Positions 38,047 to 47,156 of a stretch of 64,000 bases of DNA are shown here, one piece after another; position 1 is the stretch's first letter; each line of letters opens with the position of its first letter. The translations under genes were made by a program, and so were the position numbers. Source of the DNA: a bacterium (GTDB lineage Bacteria > CG2-30-53-67); NCBI GenBank assembly GCA_024277725.1, contig JAJRUP010000097.1:264-64263 (forward strand), given 5' to 3'. Under the pieces are notes generated by a model. The model was not told the DNA's origin. It saw nothing but the letters and a program-made list of their open reading frames with translations, and made no database searches.

Positions 38047-39552
38047 ATGAATATGGATAAGCAGCGGGCCGACCGCAACACACTTTCCCAGTCATTGACA
38101 AGACAGATGGCATCGCTCTTTTTAGGGCGGGTCTTTGGCTTTGTTTTTGCATTATCCATACCGGTGATTCTGGTCAGGACGTTTTCTGTAGAGCAATTCG
38201 GTCTTTATAAGCTGGTTTTCTTAGTATTTTCAACTCTTCTCGTCTTGCTCCGATTTGGCCTGGAACCAAGTCTGTATTATTTCATTCCTCGGGATGAGAA
38301 AGTGAAGAATATTTACATCTCACAAACCATAATTTTTTATGTCTGTATCGGGGTCGGATTGTTCCTGCTGTCCTACCCAGTAAGAGGTATGGTTGGTTAT
38401 CTCGTCAATAACCCCGCGGTTGCCGACCTTTTCCCGCTACTGACGTTTTACACGGCTCTCATGCTTGTTAGTATTCCTATGGAAACAATAATGATTTCAC
38501 TTAAGCAGGCAAAGGAAGCTTCCTTGGTCATAGTCTGCACTGAATTACTCAAGGCTCTCCTGATCATTGGTGCAGCAATAATTTTTAAGACTGTTTCTTC
38601 TTTGATCTACGCATTGTCTTTGCTAGCGGGACTCAGGGTAATCTCGCTTCTAACCTATCTATTCAAAAGAGTCCGTTTCTCCTTTAATAGAGTTCAGGCG
38701 GTCTACGTTCGTACACAAATTACATATTCGACACCTCTTTTCCTTGCGGCCATGTCTCGATCTTTTTCAGATACCATTCACTACTACATGGTTTCCTATT
38801 TCTTAAATGTACGGTTGTTCGCCGTCTATTCAGTCGGATTCCTTCAGCTACCTCTTATTTCTATTTTCTTCGATTCTATTGTGGAGCCTTCCATTGTTAG
38901 GTTGTCAGAATTTGCAAAAAAGAAGGATACAGACAGTATGGGCTTTATCATAACCGACGTTATCAAGAAGATTTCACTCATATTCTTTCCTGCCTGTTGT
39001 TTTCTGCTTATAAATGCCAAGGAATTCATTGTGACTCTTTACACGGTCAGTTTTCTTTAAAGTGTGCCTATTTTTATGCTTTCCATATCAACCCTCGTGA
39101 TTTCCATCTTTAATTTTGGTTATGTATTGCGGGCGGTCGGGAATACGCGAATCATATTAGCCGCCAATCTTCTTAGGCTGCTATCAACGCTCATCTTGTC
39201 GTGGACTGGACTACACTTCTATGGTCTGATCGGTGCCGCAACGGGTGTCATTAGCTCGATGATCATAGGAAATATATTCATTATCATTAAGGTAAGAAGT
39301 TTGGTCGGCCTGACAATTAGGAATATGTTCCCGTTTAATGAACTGTATCTAATATTGGCTTTCTCATCTCTCGCTTCGGCAATCATGCTCCTGGTCAAGA
39401 TGTATTTTCCCATGGATCCTCTAACAACTTTAGTAAGTACCGCAGCAGTTTTTGGTCTCATCTACTTTATATCAATACTCAAGGCCGGATTAGTATCAAA
39501 GGAACTCAGGATTATAGGTGCGATGTTGTTGCACCGTCCATTAAGATCGTAG
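38047..39552 (+). CDS. Wzx-type polysaccharide flippase (MOP superfamily), interrupted by an in-frame TAA at 39058-39060
   Basis: ORFs 38047-39060 and 39064-39552 are in the same frame and together give about 500 aa with 12-14 TM helices and a Polysacc_synt N-terminus plus Polysacc_synt_C tail. Confidence 0.7.
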
Positions 39553-39759
39553 CTCTACGTGAGAAAGGTTTTTATCGGCTGACTTCATGACTTTCAGCTG
39601 TTCGTCCAGTTCCAGGATCCAGCCACGTGTTCTTAATTCCAATAATTATTCAAGATAGATATTGAAAAACACCAAGAACAGAAGAAGTGCGGAACAATCT
39701 GAATTTGATGAGTGAAAGATATCCGAAAGTAATATCAGCTTAAATCGAGGTGGAGTATA

Positions 39760-41883
39760 ATGATCAAGTATAAATGCCTTAACTGTGGAGCCCCTCTTGC
39801 TGACGAAGAGGAACGCCTTGCTTGCTCAGGTTGCGATACTTCCTGGGGCAAGACTGATGGGATCGCCTGTTTTGACAAAACAGACTATTGGGGAGAAATC
39901 CCAAAGGAAAAACTTCAGAATATGATTGACAGAGCGTCCGAGGAAAATTGGCAAGAGATAGTAAGAACGTCATTTGGGAATGAGAATTCTGACATGCTTG
40001 CCTATATCACCGATTTGAACCGAGCCTGCTGGAAATCGTTGATTCCTGTCGGACCCGAGAGTGTTGTCTTGGATATAGGAGCCGGACTCGGAGCAATAAC
40101 CCACTCTCTTGCCCATCATTATCGGAAGGTTGTTGCTGTCGAGGCGGTGCCTGAGCGGATAAAGTTTCTAAATGTGAGAGCGAAGCAGGAGGGCTTGAAT
40201 AATGTTGATCTTGTGCAAACGACCGCCCAGAAATTACCATTTTTCAATAAGACCTTTGACTTGATTATTTTAAACGGAATACTGGAATGGATTGGAGAAT
40301 GGGACACGCTGTTTGCGCCTCGAGAAGCACAGTTGCGCTTCCTGATTAAGGTTCACGATCTTCTTAAACCAGGGGGCGTCATTCTTGTCGGCATTGAAAA
40401 CCGTATCGGCTTCTCATCGTTGCTGGGAAGAGTAGACCACTCGGGATTTAAGTACACAAGTCTTCTTCCGAGGAAGCTTGCGAGCCTCTATTTAAGATTT
40501 CGCTCCTCGTATGTATATCGGATGAAGCTTAACAAAGAAAAGGAATATAGGACGTATACATACTCGCAGATGGGATACGACAAGCTCCTTTCAGAAGCTG
40601 GTTTTGTGGGCAGAGAGTACTTCTACCCGGTGGATGGATATAATCTTCCTCACGTGATGCTTCCTCTCAGGAGACCTTCCGAGATTAATTCATATGTGAA
40701 TCAACAAATTCTAAATGCAAACCGGAGGTTTGGGAAAACTTGCACAAGAAGGATAAAGAAGTTTGTGGCTAATATAGGACTACTTAAATATATCGTTTCG
40801 GATTTTGTCATCATTGCCGAGAAGATTTACAAGAGCTCCCAGGACGTCAGTTCATCTGAAGCCGAGGAAAAGGAGTGGCCAAGACCATGCATTTTGGGGA
40901 GGATTGCCGAGGCGGTCCAGGATTATTTTCATCTGAAAAGCTCAAGGAGGTTCGCCTATTCTCTCTATTCCCAACCCTTCAAGAACAAAGCGGTCATTAA
41001 AGTTGGCTATACGGATGGGCAGGATTTGGCATTCTCGAAGATAACAAATAAATGTGTTGATGGATATGCAACATATTCCCGTGCCCATAGTTTGTTAGAA
41101 AGCCTGCGCAAAGCATGTGTGGATTATCCAAGTATAATAAACGCACTTCCAAAACCCATCGGTTCTTTTGATTTGGGGAATGTTTCCGTTGCAGTTGAAT
41201 CTGCAGTATCCGGCGTCCCGCTATCAGCAATTGTCTGGAAAGCAGATACGGCTCTGGAAAAAGAGCTGATAGGCACTATCTTTGAGGTTCTGGCTGACTG
41301 GTTTATAGACTTTATTAATGTCACTCGCAAGATAACTTGTAAGGATCAATTTTGTACATTATCTGGAAGTCTGCTGTTGCCGCCTTCCTTTGTTGATATG
41401 AAGGTTCCGAAGCCAAATTGCCCTGCCTACACGGAATTCATGCAGCATGGTGACTTCTGCGTAGACAATGTATTCTGGCAAAGCACGGACAATTCAATCG
41501 CTGTTATCGATTGGGATTCAGTGGGTATTGGGTATCCGCCATTATTTGATTTCTTTTGCCTGCTGAGTGAATTCTTTTACCTAGATAATTCACGAAGAAG
41601 TAAGATGGAAAATTCAGTAGAATTGAGGTCGTTCAAGGACACCTTTTTTGAGAACAACTGGTTTTCAAAATTGGTCAAAGAGGTTTGCATTAAGGTTTGT
41701 TCCAGGACGGGAATAGATAGCCGGCTTTTATCGGTTTATTTTTCGGAATTCTTATTTGCCAGATATCACATATTTTCTTCCCAGGGGAATGCAAAAGGGA
41801 AGCTTGAACAAAAGCTCATATATGAAGAATACATTTGGTACTACGTGGCACATCATGAGGAGTGTATTCTTAATTCCAAATAG
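39760..41883 (+). CDS. Tri-domain protein: N-terminal Zn-ribbon (Trm112-like) + class I SAM methyltransferase + C-terminal aminoglycoside-phosphotransferase-like kinase domain
   Basis: CLNCGAPL...CSGCDT is a Zn ribbon. VLDIGAGLGAIT plus LIILNGILEWI are methyltransferase motifs I and post-II. HGDFCVDNVFW ... VIDWDSVGIG is an APH/choline-kinase-type catalytic loop and DxD. Confidence 0.65.
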   Translation: MIKYKCLNCGAPLADEEERLACSGCDTSWGKTDGIACFDKTDYWGEIPKEKLQNMIDRASEENWQEIVRTSFGNENSDMLAYITDLNRACWKSLIPVGPESVVLDIGAGLGAITHSLAHHYRKVVAVEAVPERIKFLNVRAKQEGLNNVDLVQTTAQKLPFFNKTFDLIILNGILEWIGEWDTLFAPREAQLRFLIKVHDLLKPGGVILVGIENRIGFSSLLGRVDHSGFKYTSLLPRKLASLYLRFRSSYVYRMKLNKEKEYRTYTYSQMGYDKLLSEAGFVGREYFYPVDGYNLPHVMLPLRRPSEINSYVNQQILNANRRFGKTCTRRIKKFVANIGLLKYIVSDFVIIAEKIYKSSQDVSSSEAEEKEWPRPCILGRIAEAVQDYFHLKSSRRFAYSLYSQPFKNKAVIKVGYTDGQDLAFSKITNKCVDGYATYSRAHSLLESLRKACVDYPSIINALPKPIGSFDLGNVSVAVESAVSGVPLSAIVWKADTALEKELIGTIFEVLADWFIDFINVTRKITCKDQFCTLSGSLLLPPSFVDMKVPKPNCPAYTEFMQHGDFCVDNVFWQSTDNSIAVIDWDSVGIGYPPLFDFFCLLSEFFYLDNSRRSKMENSVELRSFKDTFFENNWFSKLVKEVCIKVCSRTGIDSRLLSVYFSEFLFARYHIFSSQGNAKGKLEQKLIYEEYIWYYVAHHEECILNSK

Positions 41884-42046
41884 AAAGCCTTATCCGAGTG
41901 CAAATAGTGGCTGGATCGGCAAACAAAAAAACACTTGCCTGTTCTAATGCATAATTTGAATCATAGCTGATTTTCAAATACACGTCCAAGGTGAAACAAG
42001 AGCGCTTAATGGATTATTCAGAGAAAAGAAGGGATCCTATCTAAAT

Positions 42047-43954
42047 ATGTGCGGTATTGCAGGTCAGATTTCATATAACCACCTCGTGTACTTTGACGAT
42101 ATTCGTTCGATGATCGATGTGATCTTCCACCGCGGACCGGATGATGAGGGTATATACATAAACGAGAAGTCTCCCGGAGAAGCCGTTTCAGGCTCTCTCC
42201 CCTCTGTTGGTCTCGGTCATCGGCGATTGAGCATCATTGACCTTTCAACAGGCCATCAACCCATCCACAACGAGGACAAGAAGACATGGGTCGTCTATAA
42301 TGGTGAAACGTACAATTTCCAGGCCCTGAAAAAGGAACTCATTGCAAAAGGGCACCGCTTCTATACGACAACGGACACGGAAGTCTTGGTCCATCTTTAC
42401 GAAGAATATGGAGAGGATTGTGTACAACACCTCAGGGGAATGTTTTCCTTTGCCTTGTGGGATGAAAATGAGAAGAAGCTTCTGATTGCCAGAGACCGGA
42501 TGGGCAAGAAACCCCTCTATTATAATTGGGACGGCAGCATGCTTCTCTTTGCGTCGGAGTTGAAGTCAATACTTGCTTGTCCTTCCTTTGAAAGAAAACT
42601 TAACCATGGGGCGTTCTTAAGCTTCTTGCTCTACGGCTATGTGCCGGATCCTCAGTCAATCTTTGAGGGGGTGAAGAAATTACCCCCAGCCCATGTGTTG
42701 ACACTGAGTAATAAAGACCTTAAAATCAGAGAATACTGGAGAGCGGATTTTACGCCTCAGGCGTTGGTTGGGGAGGAAGAAGTTTCGGAATTACTCCTTC
42801 AGAAACTTCGTGAGTCCGTGAAAATGCGTCTCATCAGCGATGTTCCCCTGGGCGCCTTTCTCAGCGGGGGGATTGATTCAAGTACAATCGTAGCCCTCAT
42901 GGCGCAGGAAATGACGGAGCCGGTGAAGACCTTTTCGATAGGTTTTGAAGAAGAGGAGTATAACGAGCTTCCCTATGCCAGGAAGGTTGCGGCGATATTC
43001 GGTACGGACCATCATGAGATGGTCATACGCCCGGAAAGTTTTGACCTGATAGAGAAAATCATCCGACATTTTGATGAGCCCTTTGGCGACGAATCGGCGA
43101 TCCCCACCTATTATGTATCCAAACTGGCAAGAGAATACGTAAAGGTTGTCCTGTCCGGTGATGGCGGTGATGAGCTTTTTGCCGGCTACGATAGTTATGC
43201 TGTTACAATGGGGCGGATGAAGTATGAGAGATTACCGGTCATTGCTCGAATGGGGTTACGAGGGCTTTCGCGTATTTTACCGCCTCAGATGTACGGAAAG
43301 AATTTTCTTTACAATATTTCTTTGCCGACCCGAGACCGTTTCATTGATTACGTTTCTCACTTGGCCTTCAACCGTCACGCACAACTTCTATCAAAGGATT
43401 TCCAGGGAGAGATAAAGCAGAGCAGTCTGCTTTTCAAAAAATATTTTGAAGATACCAAATCGTATCACGAATTATCGCAGTTACAATATGTGGATATGAG
43501 AAGCTACTTGCCGGGGGATATTCTGGTAAAAGTGGATCGTATGTCCATGGCCCATTCCCTTGAGACTCGAGTGCCCCTTCTCGATCACCGGGTTGTCGAG
43601 TACGTGAACGGGCTCCCTCCCCGCTATAAGATGAACGGAAAAAGGAGAAAACATATCTTCAAGAAGATTGCCGGGAACCTGCTTCCTACTGAAATCATTG
43701 AGAAAAGGAAAACCGGGTTTGGTGTTCCTTTGAAGTATTGGTTCAAGGGTAATCTTAAGAGCCATATTCGTCAAATTCTGATTGAGCCCAGAACGTGTCA
43801 GAGAGGATACTTCAATACGAGGTATATCGAGGCTCTTCTGGAGGAGCATGATAGAGGTAGAAGGGACCATAGTCGTTTACTTTGGAATCTTGTCGTTTTC
43901 GAACTATGGCATAGACTTTACCTTGACGAACAGGCTTTTAATGGCAGACCATGA
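42047..43954 (+). CDS. Asparagine synthase (glutamine-hydrolysing) family amidotransferase, paralog 1
   Basis: MCGIAG is the N-terminal nucleophile Cys2; SGGIDSS is the PP-loop. Confidence 0.9.
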   Translation: MCGIAGQISYNHLVYFDDIRSMIDVIFHRGPDDEGIYINEKSPGEAVSGSLPSVGLGHRRLSIIDLSTGHQPIHNEDKKTWVVYNGETYNFQALKKELIAKGHRFYTTTDTEVLVHLYEEYGEDCVQHLRGMFSFALWDENEKKLLIARDRMGKKPLYYNWDGSMLLFASELKSILACPSFERKLNHGAFLSFLLYGYVPDPQSIFEGVKKLPPAHVLTLSNKDLKIREYWRADFTPQALVGEEEVSELLLQKLRESVKMRLISDVPLGAFLSGGIDSSTIVALMAQEMTEPVKTFSIGFEEEEYNELPYARKVAAIFGTDHHEMVIRPESFDLIEKIIRHFDEPFGDESAIPTYYVSKLAREYVKVVLSGDGGDELFAGYDSYAVTMGRMKYERLPVIARMGLRGLSRILPPQMYGKNFLYNISLPTRDRFIDYVSHLAFNRHAQLLSKDFQGEIKQSSLLFKKYFEDTKSYHELSQLQYVDMRSYLPGDILVKVDRMSMAHSLETRVPLLDHRVVEYVNGLPPRYKMNGKRRKHIFKKIAGNLLPTEIIEKRKTGFGVPLKYWFKGNLKSHIRQILIEPRTCQRGYFNTRYIEALLEEHDRGRRDHSRLLWNLVVFELWHRLYLDEQAFNGRP

Positions 43955-43990
43955 GAAAAAGTTTGGTTTGAGGAGGCAATAGGTACTCAG

Positions 43991-45175
43991 ATGGCCTTTG
44001 GAAGCCCAAGTATAAAGGAGGTGAGCGACCCGCGGCCGAAGCTCCTGCATGTCATTGACAGTCTCAACATGGGGGGAACAGAAAAGCAGTGCGTGGAACT
44101 TGTAAGGCGGATCGATCAGGAAAAATTCACCGTTTGCCTGGCTACCTTCAATAAGAACGGGCCGCTTCTGGACGAGATAACGGCTTCGGGTATCCCACTG
44201 AAGGAGTTTGAGATTTCAGGCGGCTTCTACCACCCAAAGTCTCTTATACAAATCTTCAAACTTGCCTCGTTTATGAGGAAAGCAGGGTTTGATATTGTGC
44301 AGACTTATGGTTTTTACTCTACTGTTCCGGGAGTTATTGCGGCAAAACTCGCGCGGGTACCCGTCATTATTGCAGCCAAGCGTGAATTGAGCGAGATGCT
44401 CTCAAGGAGAAAGATGAACCTTGAAAAATTCCTGTGGAATTTCTGCGCGGCGATAGTCGTAAATGCCGATCGAATCAAAGAGCACCTGAGGGATTACGAG
44501 GGAATGACAAAGAAAAAAATTATCACTATCTATAACGGGGTGGATCTCAATGGTTATCCGGACGTACGGAGAGATGAATATTTGTCCAGGCCTGACACCG
44601 TCGGGATGGTGGCAAACTTCCGAGACCAGAAGGACCATCAGACTTTTCTCGAGGCGGCATCCCTTGTCTTGAGAGAAAAACCCGGTGTACGGTTCTTCCT
44701 TGTGGGAACTGGGCCTTTGGAAGAGGAGATGAAAAAGTATGCAAAGGATCTGGGGATAGGCAGGAGTGTCACATTTCACGGCAGGAAGATCGGGCGGGAA
44801 TTATATGAAATTGTGAATCAATTTACTATCTCTGTGCTCGTTGCTACCAATGAGGGAACCCCGAATGCGGTCCTGGAGGCCATGGCTCTTGCCTTGCCTG
44901 TGGTTGCGAATCCTTCAGGAGGTATTCCGGAGGCCGTTGAGGACAGTGTCACAGGCTTCCTAGTGCCTTACAAGAAACCGGAGATCCTTAAAAACAAGTT
45001 GCTTTACCTAATACAGCACAAGGAAGCGGCCCGACGTATGGGCGAAACGGGAAGGAAGAAGGCCGAAGAAAAGTATAATTACGATTTGATGTGTAGTAAA
45101 TATGAGGAACTCTATGAAGAAGTTCTTGGGAAACAAAATATTTGCCGGCGGACAGGAAGCAGGCTATTGGATTAA
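43991..45175 (+). CDS. GT4-family glycosyltransferase
   Basis: LLHVIDSLNMGGTEKQ N-terminus and the C-terminal GT-B E-x7-E region (NPSGGIPEAVEDSVTGFLV). Confidence 0.8.
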   Translation: MAFGSPSIKEVSDPRPKLLHVIDSLNMGGTEKQCVELVRRIDQEKFTVCLATFNKNGPLLDEITASGIPLKEFEISGGFYHPKSLIQIFKLASFMRKAGFDIVQTYGFYSTVPGVIAAKLARVPVIIAAKRELSEMLSRRKMNLEKFLWNFCAAIVVNADRIKEHLRDYEGMTKKKIITIYNGVDLNGYPDVRRDEYLSRPDTVGMVANFRDQKDHQTFLEAASLVLREKPGVRFFLVGTGPLEEEMKKYAKDLGIGRSVTFHGRKIGRELYEIVNQFTISVLVATNEGTPNAVLEAMALALPVVANPSGGIPEAVEDSVTGFLVPYKKPEILKNKLLYLIQHKEAARRMGETGRKKAEEKYNYDLMCSKYEELYEEVLGKQNICRRTGSRLLD

Positions 45176-45576
45176 GAGAGGCTATGTTCTGACAGATTAT
45201 CCTTTCGATGACTTCCCGGCAGGATCTCTGGTTCTGGACGTGGGCTGCGGCCCAGGAGAGCAGCTTGAGAAAATAAATGTCAAGGGCTGCAGGGGCATCG
45301 GCGTGGATTGTTCATGGGAAGCAGTTAGGAAATCTTCAGAGAAGGGATTACCCGTCGTCCTTGCAAAGTCTGAGGAACTGCCCTTTTCAGATCGATCCTT
45401 CCATGGTGTTCTCTGTAAGGTCGTTCTTCCCTATACCGATGAAGAGGCAGTCATGAAAAGTATCGGTAGCGTAATCCTTCCGGGAGGGACGGTTCTGCTT
45501 TGCTGCCATGGTATTGGTTACTATCTTCATTATATGATCTTCTCCGGTGTTTTCAAGACACGTATTTATTCTCTTT
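45102..45576 (+). pseudogene. Class I SAM methyltransferase, 3' end truncated by ISL3 insertion
   Basis: Motif I is LVLDVGCGPGEQ. The ORF runs into the IS inverted repeat. Reading across the target-site duplication into 46891-47115 restores a roughly 223-aa protein. Confidence 0.65.
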
Positions 45577-46882
45577 GGTTCTCAACAGGATTGTGTGGGT
45601 AAGTCCAATTTTCCTGCGACGAGATAAATAATGGTTCGATAATATTGGAAACTCTTAAAGCCATAGGCCCTTTTTATTAAGGCGGTTTTAATCTTGCTGT
45701 TAATCCCTTCTACAATACCGTTGGTGATTCGGGATCGCGTGTAGTTGAGCACGCCGTCCCAATGCTTTTTAAGCGTTTTGGCAAACGCAACGACCGGTTC
45801 AAGACGACTATGGGTTGCCCAGTAATACCATTTCTTCAAATAGCGTTCGGCCACTTTCGGATATCGAAAGCTCCAAAGCCGTTGTAGCGCTAATTTGATG
45901 TGATAGGCACGTGATGTTTTCAAGTCCAGGGATTTGAGGTCGGTGATCCGTGCTGTCTGAGTACCACTGAGATTCTCGGGATTTTTCAGCCAAAGATAGC
46001 GGGAACGTTTCAGGAGTTCGGGTTGTTCCTTGGTTTCAGAGCGGCGAACCTCATCGATGGCGCGATTCATCATGGACATGACATGGTAACGGTCGAAGGT
46101 GATTGCAGCATTCGGCAGGTGTTCATGAATCCCTGAAATGTACGCCGGCCACATGTCGCAACAGACTTGCTGAATCTGCTCGACGTTTCCTTTGTGGTCC
46201 TTGAAATCCTGGGCAAATTCCTGAAGAACTTCGGCATGACGATGTTCAGCCACATAAAGCACCCGGGATCTCTCCAGGTCACAAAAGGTCGTGATGTATT
46301 GATGGCCCTTTTGCTTGGAGCATTCATCGATTCCTATGGCAACAACTTTCGAAAGATCCAGATTCTGGCGAGCTTGCTCCACATAATGCATGAGTATTCG
46401 CCAAATACTGTCCGGATGTACGCGAAGTTCTCTCGACAAGGGCAAAACGGGCATCTGCTCAGCTAAATGCAATACAAGGGCCTCAAAGAGCAGAGTAAAG
46501 CCACTTCCCGGCCTGGCCCAGGGGACATGAACCGTTTTCACGCCACAGGTGGGACATTCCATTCTGGGCACTCGGGCATGAAGGAGCGTCTCATATTGAA
46601 AGAAGTCCAGATGTCTCCAGGTGCGTTCTTTGGTATCGTAAACAGGGCGTGACGCTCCCGGGCAGGTCGGGCAGGAGAAACGGCCCCCTTTTTCGAAGTC
46701 GATGAAGATATCAAGCTTTTTGTTTTCAAGATCGAGTTTCACGTCTTTTACTGTCCAGGGGGATAAAAGGCCCAAGGCCAATTCAAGTAACTTTTTGTCT
46801 TGCATGGTGGTATCCTCCTCTTTGTGGGTTGAGGAGAACACATTATCATAAATGGGTTACCCACACAAAACTGTATAGAACC
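45577..46882 (-). mobile_element. ISL3-family insertion sequence (about 1.3 kb) with about 30-bp imperfect terminal inverted repeats and 8-bp target-site duplication TTCTCTTT
   Basis: IR-R is GGTTCTCAACAGGATTGTGTGGGTAAGTCC (45577-45606). IR-L reverse complement is GGTTCTATACAGTTTTGTGTGGGTAACCCA (46853-46882). Direct repeats TTCTCTTT lie at 45569-45576 and 46883-46890. Confidence 0.85.
45582..46841 (-). CDS. ISL3-family DDE transposase
   Basis: N-terminal zinc-finger pairs (FSCPTCPG ... MECPTCGV) and a DDE domain. The likely start is MQDKKLL at about 46805. Confidence 0.8.
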   Translation of the reverse strand: MFSSTHKEEDTTMQDKKLLELALGLLSPWTVKDVKLDLENKKLDIFIDFEKGGRFSCPTCPGASRPVYDTKERTWRHLDFFQYETLLHARVPRMECPTCGVKTVHVPWARPGSGFTLLFEALVLHLAEQMPVLPLSRELRVHPDSIWRILMHYVEQARQNLDLSKVVAIGIDECSKQKGHQYITTFCDLERSRVLYVAEHRHAEVLQEFAQDFKDHKGNVEQIQQVCCDMWPAYISGIHEHLPNAAITFDRYHVMSMMNRAIDEVRRSETKEQPELLKRSRYLWLKNPENLSGTQTARITDLKSLDLKTSRAYHIKLALQRLWSFRYPKVAERYLKKWYYWATHSRLEPVVAFAKTLKKHWDGVLNYTRSRITNGIVEGINSKIKTALIKRAYGFKSFQYYRTIIYLVAGKLDLPTQSC

Positions 46883-47156
46883 TTCTCTTTTAACCATTCT
46901 GAATACCTGGTTTTATGCCCTGACAGGAAAACGATGGACGAACACGATCTACCAATCGAAAAAGCGCATGGAAAAGTATTTCAACAGAACAGGCCTCGAT
47001 TTGGAGGTTTTGACACACTCCAGGCTGTTTCTAAACGCGCCTGTCTTCCTTTATTATCGCCTTCGCAAAAGAAATTCCTGACCGTTTTCACCAGTTTCCT
47101 GGATCTTGCTCCAGGGTCGTCTCCTACCCATTCCTTGAGAAAGGAACTCTATTCAA

